A stretch of 64,000 nucleotides of DNA. Source: Candidatus Bathyarchaeota archaeon (GTDB taxonomy: Archaea > Thermoproteota > Bathyarchaeia > Bathyarchaeales > Bathycorpusculaceae). This document shows, one piece after another, positions 1-8,909 of this stretch (position 1 is the first letter of the stretch; the number at the start of each line of letters is the position of its first letter). The notes beneath the pieces are model-generated. The model did not search any database. It worked only from the letters and a program-made list of their open reading frames with translations, and was not told the origin of the DNA. Location of the stretch: NCBI GenBank assembly GCA_963772455.1, contig CAVYXJ010000011.1, forward strand, positions 1 to 64,000, in the 5' to 3' direction. The position numbers and the translations under genes are program-made.

Positions 1-1286
1 TCATCAAAGTAGATGAGCATGTTGCGGCAACTGATAAGATCCATGTTCGAGAAGGGCGGGTCAGCCGTTATGTCCTGCTTTGCAAATACGCATTTATCTC
101 GAATGGTTTTGGAGATTTGATAGTTGCCATTGGAGCTTTTGAAGAAATGTTTTAGTCGTTTTTCGTTTACGTCGGTTTCTATTGTTGTTGTGTAGATTCC
201 TTGTCTTGCTTTTTCGATGTTTTTTTCGTTTATGTCAGTGCCGAAAATTTGAACTTGAAGGTCTGTTGCAGAGTTTTCTTCGAGGTATTCTTGGATTGCT
301 ATAGCGAACGAATATGCTTCTTCTCCCGTTGAGCAGGCTGGAATCCAAACCCGGATAGGTTCTTTTGGCTGGCGATTTTTGACTAAACTTGGAAACACTG
401 TTTCTTTGAGTGCAACAAATGTTTCAGGTTCTCTAAAGAAACTTGTCACTCCGATTAACATGTCATTGTATAATGCTTCCAACTCGTTTGGATGTGTCCG
501 CAGGAACTTTGTGTAATGGTCCATTTTTTCTATGTGGTTAATTACCATTCGGCGTGTGACACGTCGGTTTATGACTGTTTCTTTGTAGTGTGAAAAATCA
601 ACATTAAAGTTGGATTTTAGCAGAGTACATATTGCGTGTAAGGCTGTTTCCTTCTTTGGTTTTTCTCCCTTAATTCCAGTTTCTTCTCTAACTGCTATTT
701 CACTTCGTGCAAGGTGAGGGTTTTTAGCGATTTTTTGCAATTCTTGAGCAATCTTGTCTGGGGAAAGAACAAAATCTGTAGCTTCTGCTGAAATTGCACT
801 TTGAGGCATGTCTCCATACTGTGCTGAATCTGGAGTTTGTGCGAAGGTTATTCCTCCATGGGCTTTGATCGCCTTTAGTCCTTCGGTTCCATCAGAGCCT
901 GTGCCTGAAAGTACTATTCCTATGCTTTGACTTTTCAAGTCTTCAGCTAGGGAAATAAAGAAAGTGTCAATAGGTTTCAGGGACTTATTCTTCGAGGCAA
1001 GCTTGAGAACCTGCTTTTCAATAGTCATTGTTACTCCAGGCGGAATAACGTAAACATGGTCCGGTTCAACTGGCATCCCATCTTTGATTGCTTGGACGGG
1101 CATTTTGGTAAATCTTGAAAGAATATCGGTCAGCATACTTTCTTGGCCAGCTGCCAGATGTTGAATAACTACGAATGACAATCCTGTATCGACTGGTAAA
1201 CATTCGAGCAAAACTTTGAACGCTTCTAAGCCTCCCGCTGAAGCGCCAATTCCCACCGTTATGACTGATTGTTCAAATTTGGACAT
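1..1286 (-). CDS. CheB methylesterase/CheR methyltransferase fusion protein, running off the window start
   Basis: Not in the ORF track. Manual translation from ATG at 1286 gives MSKFEQSVITVGIGASAGGLEA..., with VIQHL and LSGTGSDGTEG CheB motifs, followed by CheR motifs (IGVTSFFRE, RVWIPACSTGEEAYS, FGTDI, DPPFSNMDLISCRN). Confidence 0.9.
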   Translation of the reverse strand, partial: MSKFEQSVITVGIGASAGGLEAFKVLLECLPVDTGLSFVVIQHLAAGQESMLTDILSRFTKMPVQAIKDGMPVEPDHVYVIPPGVTMTIEKQVLKLASKNKSLKPIDTFFISLAEDLKSQSIGIVLSGTGSDGTEGLKAIKAHGGITFAQTPDSAQYGDMPQSAISAEATDFVLSPDKIAQELQKIAKNPHLARSEIAVREETGIKGEKPKKETALHAICTLLKSNFNVDFSHYKETVINRRVTRRMVINHIEKMDHYTKFLRTHPNELEALYNDMLIGVTSFFREPETFVALKETVFPSLVKNRQPKEPIRVWIPACSTGEEAYSFAIAIQEYLEENSATDLQVQIFGTDINEKNIEKARQGIYTTTIETDVNEKRLKHFFKSSNGNYQISKTIRDKCVFAKQDITADPPFSNMDLISCRNMLIYFD

Positions 1287-1584
1287 TTGTGAACTCCATT
1301 TTACACATTTGTTCGCTTTTCAGCCTTTTTACAACAATGTGATACTTCAAAGACATTGTTCAATTTGTACTCACAATTCGTTAAGCCCTTAATTGCTAGC
1401 TATTCATTGATTAGCTAACCAACTAGTACTTATGCTGTACGTATGAAAAAGAAAAAGTACTTCCCGTTTGTTTATTAAATAAATTTACCATCTTAAAATA
1501 AAATTTTATGAAAGACACGTTATAGAAGTACACTATTCAACTTCCTTTTCAGGTTCACTCCAAGCGTTTAGAGCAAAACTGGTA

Positions 1585-1603
1585 AGTGCCCAATGCCAAC
1601 CTC
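1585..1603 (+). repeat. 19-nt fragment of the RHH-associated dispersed repeat leader
   Basis: agtgcccaatgccaacctc is identical to 17888-17906 and similar to the stretch starting at 7694. Confidence 0.7.
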
Positions 1604-1752
1604 AGCAAAACGATCACATGTCTCTGGGTGCTTCCAGATCTATCTGGGGGTAGACATCGAGTGGCGCGGAAGAGAGCCAATGACAAATTGGAAGTGTTCA
1701 GTTAAGAAGGCAAACTTAACCCTGCCATTTTTTGATTTTTGTTTGTAGGCTC

Positions 1753-1944
1753 TGAACCCAAGTGGGTCTAGGACCCAGCGGACCTAATATCCTTTAGAAT
1801 CTACCTTTCAGAGCATAGTTTTTGAACCCAGTTGAGTATAGGGACGGGCAACCTCAGGTCTTTTGTATAAACTAATGTAAAAATAGCCTGATTCGGAAAT
1901 TTTTTTAGAATAGTTTGTGTGGTTTGAACCCGTTTGGGTTAAAG
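1753..1944. repeat. Three degenerate TTGAACCC-N4-GGGTTYAA palindromes upstream of the ABC gene
   Basis: Copies at ~1753 (tgaacccaagtgggtcta), ~1821 (tttgaacccagttgagta) and ~1923 (tttgaacccgtttgggttaaa). Confidence 0.65.
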
Positions 1945-2147
1945 TTCTGTTAGCCCATATCAAGGTAGCCATGCACCGTTAGTTTCTAGTTGCTGAATCT
2001 GCTAAAGTATAGCGGTTAGGTATCCGCATTCAAACATACTGCCAAGATGTCTTTCACAAACATTCTTTATTGACGTGGGTTGTTAATAGTTTCCACAGTG
2101 ACTTCAAGTTCGCCTTAGATAGCGCTTGAAGGATAGAGCCCACAAAA

Positions 2148-3911
2148 ATGAAGATCCTCTGGAAGTATTTGAAGCCGCAGAAGTGGCTGATTGTTATCGC
2201 CCTCATTCTTGCGGGTATCAGTCAGCTGATGAACCTCATCGATCCGGTTATTTTTGGTAAGATTATCGATGATTACGCCTTGAATCCCGGGAACCTTTTA
2301 GAGGTGGATCTTGTCAATGGGGTACTTTTCTGGCTGGGGTTGGCGATCGTTGTCGCATTGTTCGCCCGTCTGGCAAAAGCGTTCCAGGATTATTTCACAC
2401 GGCTGGCAGTACAGAAATTCGGTATGCAGATATTCAACGACGGGTTGAAACAGACTCTTCGCCTGTCCTATAACGAGTTCGAAGATCAACGGAGCGGTGA
2501 AACACTCTCGATATTGCAGAAAGTGAGAATGGACACCCAGATATTCAGCAATACGGCCATCAATGTCCTCTTCTCTTCCGTCATAGGAATGGGTTTCCTC
2601 ATCGTGTATGCCGTGACAAAGAGCTGGATGCTGATACCGATTTTCATAATCGGTATTATAGTATTGGGATCGCTCACCGGATTATTAAGCACAAAGCTCA
2701 AGATGACCCAACGGGCGATCAACCGCGAGACGAATAAGATGTCAGGGGTGATCACAGAATCGCTCCGGAACATCGAGTTAGTTAAAAGTCTCGGGCTGAC
2801 TTTTCCCGAAATTCGCCGGCTACAGGATCAGACTCTGAAGATATTCAACCTCGAGATGATAAAAGTCAAAAAAGTCCGGGCGCTGACGTTTTTACAGGGA
2901 ACCACGCTCAACATATTGAAGAGTTCGATTCTGTTCATCCTTCTCTGGCTGATATTCCGGAATGTCCTCACCACCGGAGAACTAATCTCGATGCAGTTCA
3001 TCTCTACGATTATCTTCGGACCCCTGCAGGAACTCGGGAGTTTCATTATCAGCTATCGGGAGGTTGAAGCTTCCGTGAATAGCTTCGATCAGCTGATGCA
3101 GAAACCCATCGAGCAGAACCCGGAAAAACCGGTCATTATCGATGAGTTGCATGCCATTAAGTTCACGGACGTCGTGTTCCGGCATAAGACGGCAGCGTTT
3201 AATGCCGTTGACGGGATCTCCTTTGAGGTGAAAACGGGTGAGACGATCGCGTTTGTTGGTCCTTCTGGCTCGGGCAAGTCGACGCTCGTGAAGCTCTTGG
3301 TAGGGTTGTACCGGCCCGTCAGAGGAGAGATCTATTTCAACGGTTACCCTTCTTCGCAAATCAGGTATAACCCGTTGCGTCGGCAGATAGGGTTCGTTTC
3401 CCAGGAAGCCCAGTTGTTCGCAGGAACAATTAAGGAGAATCTTCTGTTCGTCCAATCAGATGCGACCGATCAGCAGGTTCGAGATGCACTGCAAAAAGCC
3501 GCTTGTGACACTCTTCTAGAACGGTCTTCTTCTGACATTGAAACGGTAATAGGCGAGGGGGGAATGAAATTATCCGGAGGGGAGAAGCAGCGCATCTCCA
3601 TTGCCAGAGCTATTTTGCGTCATCCCCGCCTGCTAATCTTTGACGAGGCAACTTCATCACTCGATTCGTTGACTGAACAGGACATCACCAATACTATCCG
3701 CGATATTTCAATGAGCAAGGAGCAGATCTCGATTCTTATCGCCCATCGTTTATCAACGATTATGCACGCAGATTTGATCTATGTGCTGGAGAAGGGAAAG
3801 ATTGTCGAAACAGGGTCTCACGAAGGTCTTCTTGAACAAAAGGGGTTGTATTACGCAATGTGGCGTCAGCAGATCGGTGAACGTAGAGATATCATGCAAC
3901 GATCGCCCTAG
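2148..3911 (+). CDS. ABC exporter, fused permease/ATPase (MsbA/MdlB-like)
   Basis: N-terminal TM domain, Walker A GPSGSGKS, signature LSGGEKQR, Walker B LLIFDEATS. Visibly GC-richer than its flanks. Confidence 0.93.
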   Translation: MKILWKYLKPQKWLIVIALILAGISQLMNLIDPVIFGKIIDDYALNPGNLLEVDLVNGVLFWLGLAIVVALFARLAKAFQDYFTRLAVQKFGMQIFNDGLKQTLRLSYNEFEDQRSGETLSILQKVRMDTQIFSNTAINVLFSSVIGMGFLIVYAVTKSWMLIPIFIIGIIVLGSLTGLLSTKLKMTQRAINRETNKMSGVITESLRNIELVKSLGLTFPEIRRLQDQTLKIFNLEMIKVKKVRALTFLQGTTLNILKSSILFILLWLIFRNVLTTGELISMQFISTIIFGPLQELGSFIISYREVEASVNSFDQLMQKPIEQNPEKPVIIDELHAIKFTDVVFRHKTAAFNAVDGISFEVKTGETIAFVGPSGSGKSTLVKLLVGLYRPVRGEIYFNGYPSSQIRYNPLRRQIGFVSQEAQLFAGTIKENLLFVQSDATDQQVRDALQKAACDTLLERSSSDIETVIGEGGMKLSGGEKQRISIARAILRHPRLLIFDEATSSLDSLTEQDITNTIRDISMSKEQISILIAHRLSTIMHADLIYVLEKGKIVETGSHEGLLEQKGLYYAMWRQQIGERRDIMQRSP

Positions 3912-4119
3912 GAATCTTCGTTAAGAAAACACTATACATGAAGAACAGGTGAGCATTGCCTTCTTGATAATTCAGAGATAGCCCACCTCCGCGCCAGAAA
4001 CTTGGGGACTCCTACCGTGTAGGGGATAAGTTCGGTACGGCTCATTCCTGCTTTAGAAATGCTCGCGGTTGACTGTTTTTAGACTTTTTTTGTCATTTTG
4101 CTCTTTTAGATCTTTGTGG

Positions 4120-4230
4120 TTTGAACCCAGAAGGGTTCAAATCCCATAGGACCTTCTTTGCGCCAACTGTTTAAGAAACGCAAATGCTACCTTTTGCATT
4201 CAATCAGTTTTTGAACCCTTTTGGGTTTAA
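4120..4230. repeat. Two TTGAACCC-N4-GGGTTYAA palindromes downstream of the ABC gene
   Basis: tttgaaccc-agaa-gggttcaaa at 4120-4141 has perfect 9-bp arms. ttgaaccc-tttt-gggtttaa lies at 4211-4230. Both are followed by a ccatag motif. Confidence 0.75.
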
Positions 4231-4285
4231 CACCATAGAGACTTACACCATTCAGGGTATGAAATTTATTACGATTCTAGCTTCT

Positions 4286-4418
4286 ATGCGCAAACACCCA
4301 GTAAGCATAACCCCTTTCTAACTGTGTGCTCCAGCGCATAGACCAAGAATCAACTCGACAGAAGAGATCAAGAAATGAATATGTCGAGCTGTACTTTGAA
4401 GACGTTTTCGCCAAATAA
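4286..4418 (+). pseudogene. Small RHH (CopG-like) gene, copy 1, with one extra base
   Basis: Removing one C from the cccc run at 4311-4314 gives MRKHPVSITLSNCVLQRIDQESTRQKRSRNEYVELYFEDVFAK*. Confidence 0.7.
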
Positions 4419-4451
4419 TAAAATGTGACAGGAACGCTATAGAAAAATTAG

Positions 4452-4856
4452 TTATTTTGCTTCGTCGGAGATCATGACCGAGAACTTTATTTGTTTAACT
4501 GGTTTGTTTGCCTTTATTCCATCGATTAAGCTTTTTAGGCGCGTTGAAGGTCCCTTGACAACCATGACCTCAAGGCAACTGGTTTCAGTGAGATGTGAAT
4601 GAAGATACGCCGATATCATATCACTGAATTCATGCTGGAGCTTGGATAATTCCTCATTTTGATCTTTCTTTTCATAAAGAACAGTAATTGTTGCAATTAT
4701 GTCACCCTTGATTTTGTCAAGTTCTCTATATTCTGTTAAGTAGTTTCGGACTGCTTGCCTTAAGACCTCGGATCTTGTAGCGTTTTTTTCTTCCCCAAGG
4801 ATAGCGTCTAATTCTTCAAGCAATTCTGTTGGCAGTGAAACACTGATTATGCTCAT
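4452..4856 (-). CDS. nikR: NikR-like RHH metal-responsive regulator
   Basis: N-terminal RHH (IISVSLP...RSEVLRQAVR) and C-terminal metal-binding domain with QHEF...HSHL...SCLEV ligands. Confidence 0.8.
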   Translation of the reverse strand: MSIISVSLPTELLEELDAILGEEKNATRSEVLRQAVRNYLTEYRELDKIKGDIIATITVLYEKKDQNEELSKLQHEFSDMISAYLHSHLTETSCLEVMVVKGPSTRLKSLIDGIKANKPVKQIKFSVMISDEAK

Positions 4857-4901
4857 TTTCTCACCAATCTTCTTTATGTTAATAGTCGTGCTCTAATAAG
4901 A

Positions 4902-4970
4902 TTGCTAAAATATTTAGCAAGTTTATGAACACTCATTCACTTATTAAAAAAAAGACAAAACTTAATAAGT
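4902..4970. promoter_or_regulatory. Two palindromes in the nikR/znuA divergent promoter (candidate operators)
   Basis: ttgctaaa-ata-tttagcaa at 4902-4920 and acttattaa-N14-ttaataagt at 4939-4970 both have perfect arms. Confidence 0.6.
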
Positions 4971-5014
4971 TCAATATGTTAACCCACTATGTAGCTAACA
5001 ATTGGGATTAAATT

Positions 5015-5959
5015 ATGAAAAAAAGCATGTTATTTACAGTAATTATCCTCATAGCAATAATTGTTGCTGGAGCTTTCATCGGTTTGTACTTGACAAACAC
5101 CCAATCTCCAGCATCTTCAGGATTAAAGGTACTTGCAACATTTTACCCTCTATATGATTTCGCAAAAAACGTAGGCGGCGCCAAGATTAACGCTTCCATA
5201 CTAGTCCCGGAAACGGTTGATGTACACGATTTTGATCCCACACCCTCAGACATACAGAACATCGCCACCGCAGACGTATTAATCTACAACGGAGCTGGAT
5301 TAGAACAGACCTGGCTTTCTAATGCAATCACCGCCTCAGGCAACACAAAACTTGTTTTAGTTGACACCAGCCAAAACATTGCCCTTCTCCCGGTCGCGCC
5401 ACAATTTCAAAGTGAGGGTCGCTCCGTTGACTCGCACATTTGGCTAGACCCTGTCCTTGCAAAGCAACAAGTCAACAATATTCTAAAAGGCTTAATTCAA
5501 GCTGACCCTGCCAACAACGAGTATTTCACCCAGAACGCTGAAGCATATAAGGATAAGCTTGACGCTCTCCACTCCCAAATCGTCTCCATAACAACGAGCT
5601 CGAACGTTAAAACGCGAGTTTTTGTGACGTTCCACGAAGCATTCGCATACTTCGCCAAAGAGTACAACCTCACTCAGATTTCAATTGCTGGACCTTTCCA
5701 AGAAGACCCGACCCCCAGCGACATCCAAAACGTAATCAACACCATTAACCAGTACCACCTGCTCTACGTTGGATACGAGTCACTTGAAAACCCCGCAATT
5801 CCGCAATCAATTAGCACCCAAACCAGCGCTACCCTAATTCGCATGGACCCCATAGAAGGCCTAACTTCTGAACAGAAAGCCGCCGGCAAGGATTACATTA
5901 GCTTGATGCAGGATACTGTGTCAAATATAGAGTTGGCGTTGGATAACGTTGGCAGCTAA
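5015..5959 (+). CDS. Zn/Mn ABC transporter substrate-binding protein (ZnuA/TroA family)
   Basis: N-terminal anchor, DVHDFDPTP, DSHIWLDP and FHEAFAYF motifs. Confidence 0.92.
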   Translation: MKKSMLFTVIILIAIIVAGAFIGLYLTNTQSPASSGLKVLATFYPLYDFAKNVGGAKINASILVPETVDVHDFDPTPSDIQNIATADVLIYNGAGLEQTWLSNAITASGNTKLVLVDTSQNIALLPVAPQFQSEGRSVDSHIWLDPVLAKQQVNNILKGLIQADPANNEYFTQNAEAYKDKLDALHSQIVSITTSSNVKTRVFVTFHEAFAYFAKEYNLTQISIAGPFQEDPTPSDIQNVINTINQYHLLYVGYESLENPAIPQSISTQTSATLIRMDPIEGLTSEQKAAGKDYISLMQDTVSNIELALDNVGS

Positions 5960-6707
5960 ACCTATTGTAGAAATTCGAGACGTAAGCGTTAGGTATCCTA
6001 ACGGAGTTATAGCTCTTGACAGTATAACCTTAGATGTAAACGACAAAGACCTGATAGCACTCATCGGTCCAAACGGCGCCGGAAAATCCACCCTAATCAA
6101 GGTTATTTTAGGGCTGATAAAACCCAGTTCTGGCTCAGTTCGATTGCTTGGCAGTGAAGATTTATCAAAGAACCTCAAGTACGTTGGCTATGTTCCCCAA
6201 AGCGCACAAGCAAGAGATGTAAATTTGCCTTTTAGCGTTTTCGAAACAGTCATGCTAGGAAGAACTCCACAAATAGGATTATTTCATGGAACTGGAACAA
6301 AAGACAGGCAGAAAGTCGAAGAAATGCTCAAGCTATTTGGGATATTCGAGCTTAAAGATCGAAAAATTGGGCAGCTCTCAGGCGGTCAATCGCAAAGGGT
6401 ATTTCTTGCTAAAGCTATGGTTGCTGATCCAAAATTGCTTTTGTTAGATGAGCCAACTAGCGGAGTTGACACAACTTCAAAAACCGAGTTCTACCAAACA
6501 CTTGAGCGATTAAACAAAGAGACGGGAATTACAGTCATATTGTGTTCTCATGACATAGGCGTCATCACCAAGATTGCAAACAGGGTTCTTTGCATAAACA
6601 GGTCTCAGTTTTTCTGCGGAGAAAACGCCGATTTTAACGCAAGTGCAGAAATTCACAAAGTCTACAATCACCCAGTGGAGATTATTGACCATGCTGACCA
6701 CCCTTGA
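5949..6707 (+). CDS. Metal ABC transporter ATPase (ZnuC-like)
   Basis: GPNGAGKST, LSGGQSQR and LLLDEPT motifs. Overlaps the upstream gene. Confidence 0.92.
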   Translation: MAAKPIVEIRDVSVRYPNGVIALDSITLDVNDKDLIALIGPNGAGKSTLIKVILGLIKPSSGSVRLLGSEDLSKNLKYVGYVPQSAQARDVNLPFSVFETVMLGRTPQIGLFHGTGTKDRQKVEEMLKLFGIFELKDRKIGQLSGGQSQRVFLAKAMVADPKLLLLDEPTSGVDTTSKTEFYQTLERLNKETGITVILCSHDIGVITKIANRVLCINRSQFFCGENADFNASAEIHKVYNHPVEIIDHADHP

Positions 6708-7560
6708 CATATTAACTCTGCTTCAAGCAGGCTTCGTACAACGCGCCTTCATCATAAGCATAATTATCGCTGTCCTGTGCTCTTTTCTTAGCATTTTCAT
6801 TGTTTTGAAGAAAATCTCACTTATTGGAGATGGCTTAGCCCATACAGCTTTCGGAGGCATAGCTTTGGGTTATGCATTTCAACTCGTTTTAGGCGTTTAT
6901 CTGCAATTCGTTCCTTTGATAGTTGCTGCAGTAACAGTTGTGTTGGGTTCATTAGGAATCACAAAAGCGATTCGTTCTACAAGAATCTCAAGTGACGCGG
7001 CGGTGGCTGTTTTTCTTCAGCTTGGTCTTGCCGGTGGCATCGTTTTGATAAGCATCTCACGGGGATTTGGTTTTAGCCTTGAAAGTTTGCTTTTTGGCAG
7101 TGTTCTGCTAGTAGATTACAGCCAAATTCTAACCGCCTTGGTTATAGCGGCGGTAACTTTGGGCATCATATTTCTGTTCTTCAAAGAAATCGTGTACGTT
7201 ACTTTTGACGAAACCCAAGCCCGCGCCTCAGGGCTCAGAACCTGGGTCTTCGACTACTTAATTAGCGCCCTCTCAGGAATCGTGGTGATTGTAGCTATAC
7301 CTATAGTTGGAATCCTCTTGATTTCGTCTCTACTGGTTTTGCCAGCGTTAACGAGCACTCAAATCGCAAAATCCTTCCGGCAAACAATTATTCTATCGCC
7401 CATCATAGGGCTCTTAACCGTTACAGTTGGGCTATTGCTATCTTTGTCAATTAATTCTGCTCCAGGGGGAACAATAGTACTCACAGGCATACTCCTTCTC
7501 GCAATCACGTTTGTAGCCAAGAAAATCCAAGGGTCTATGAAAAACCCTGAAAGAAAGTAG
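6691..7560 (+). CDS. Metal ABC transporter permease (ZnuB-like)
   Basis: SLIGDGLAHTAFGG, LESLLFGS and TFDE..AR motifs. ATG at 6691 preferred over the upstream in-frame start. Confidence 0.92.
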   Translation: MLTTLDILTLLQAGFVQRAFIISIIIAVLCSFLSIFIVLKKISLIGDGLAHTAFGGIALGYAFQLVLGVYLQFVPLIVAAVTVVLGSLGITKAIRSTRISSDAAVAVFLQLGLAGGIVLISISRGFGFSLESLLFGSVLLVDYSQILTALVIAAVTLGIIFLFFKEIVYVTFDETQARASGLRTWVFDYLISALSGIVVIVAIPIVGILLISSLLVLPALTSTQIAKSFRQTIILSPIIGLLTVTVGLLLSLSINSAPGGTIVLTGILLLAITFVAKKIQGSMKNPERK

Positions 7561-7693
7561 ATGCAGACTAATTCGATGAAGTATCCGAAAATTATTATTT
7601 TTTTGTTTTATGGTTTGGCGCGATAGCTGGAGCTTTATCTATTAATATTGTGAATCCCAAGGATGACTTTCTTTATTTATTGGTTCTGTTTGA

Positions 7694-7884
7694 CCAATGC
7701 CAGCCTCGCTTCTCTACTAAATATTAACAAGCGGCAAAATACTCAGAGGCTCAGGTTACAGTGCGCAAACACCCAGTAAGCATACCCTTTCCAATCGCGC
7801 GTTAGATAAGATAGACAAAGAAGCCCTAAAACAGAAATATCAAGAAGAGAATATGTAGAATTACATTTTGAGACGTTGTTCTTT
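7694..7884 (+). repeat. RHH-associated dispersed repeat, copy 2 (leader plus degenerate RHH ORF from GTG 7761)
   Basis: Aligns with 17892-18084. Encodes RKHPVSI.LSNRALDKIDKEALKQK.SRREYVELHFETLFF after correcting two 1-nt deletions. Confidence 0.75.
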
Positions 7885-8031
7885 AACAAAGGCGAATTAG
7901 AAAAAGGGCAATTGCAAGGAAGGTTTAAAATCTGATTGATTCTTTGATATTGTTTTCTTAGCAGGCTTTGGTATTTTGGCTATGACAAGTCTTTTATTTG
8001 CATGTAATAGAGTGTTGTTTGAGTTGAAAAA

Positions 8032-8208
8032 ATGGTTGCAAAATTTAGAATTTATCAAGACACTGTGAATAGATGGCGATGGAGATTTGAATCTTCTGGG
8101 AACTACAAAATATTAGAGGATAGTCGTGAAGGCTATGAGAGTAAGGCTGACTGCGAAAAAGGCATAAAAGCGCTTAAGAAAGAAATTTTTAATGCCTCAA
8201 TCGAATAA
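8032..8208 (+). CDS. Small YegP/DUF1508-family protein (58 aa)
   Basis: Manual translation MVAKFRIYQDTVNRWRWRFESSGNYKILEDSREGYESKADCEKGIKALKK... matches the F.IY.D...WRWR...N..I..S.EGY..K..C..GI pattern. Confidence 0.75.
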   Translation: MVAKFRIYQDTVNRWRWRFESSGNYKILEDSREGYESKADCEKGIKALKKEIFNASIE

Positions 8209-8444
8209 GAATAATTTATTTGTATAAAAATATTAGGCCGTACATTTTGGACCTTTGTGAGCATTCAACACAATTGAAGTTACTGTACACTTCACGCCGT
8301 TGATCTTAATAATCTTGTTTTTCAAAGTACATATTGTTCACTTCAATTTTTTACATAAACTCTTTTTTCTCAAATAGCATCAATCCTATAGGCTCTAATG
8401 AACTGAAAACGAACTTCATATCTTTCCCCAACAAGCTCTCAAAG

Positions 8445-8897
8445 TTACTGGAATCCGCTATAGATCGTGGGATAAGCTGTTACGAGCGCCAAGTTGAGAC
8501 GAAGTACGTTTACGTAGGGGGTTCCAAAAATCCAGTAAGTTCCTTCTGTTCTTTGGTTGACCATTTGGTTTAGCGTTTCTATGGGTATTCCTGTGGCATT
8601 TTGTATTTGGGGAATTTGTGCATAAGCGTCTTGAAGAGTTATGTCAGGGTCTACTCCGGAGGCGGAATCATTTCTGGGATGGAAGAAAATTGGCAAGGTG
8701 AAGTTTTGTGCAATCAAGTTCGAGCCGACTGCCTGACCATTGAATTGGACGATTTCTCCGTTCGCCTGGTTTGGAAATAATACTTGTGCTAAACCAGTGA
8801 CTAGAAGCGGAAAACCTATGCCGCAGATTAGTAGTGAGAGCAACGCTAACGATATTGCTTGCCTCAAATGCCATTTTTGTTTTTTATTAGGTTGCAT
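8445..8897 (-). CDS. kdpC: K+-transporting ATPase subunit C
   Basis: LFPNQANGEI, GSNLIAQNF, FHPR, SASGVDPDIT and VNVLRLNLAL motifs. Confidence 0.92.
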   Translation of the reverse strand: MQPNKKQKWHLRQAISLALLSLLICGIGFPLLVTGLAQVLFPNQANGEIVQFNGQAVGSNLIAQNFTLPIFFHPRNDSASGVDPDITLQDAYAQIPQIQNATGIPIETLNQMVNQRTEGTYWIFGTPYVNVLRLNLALVTAYPTIYSGFQ

Positions 8898-8909
8898 TTT
8901 TTTTTCACC

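Noticed and set aside
1750-1950. Degenerate CRISPR array
   Set aside because: The repeats are too divergent, spacing is irregular (70-100 bp), there are only 2-3 units per cluster, and no cas genes are present.
1661-3997. Terminal inverted repeats (gtggcgcggaag / cctccgcgccag) defining a transposon around the ABC gene
   Set aside because: Only about 13/17 positions match, and I saw no target-site duplication or transposase. Could be chance.
4110-4155. gggttcaaatccc as part of a tRNA gene
   Set aside because: Only the T-arm is present. I could not fold an acceptor stem, D arm or anticodon arm around it.
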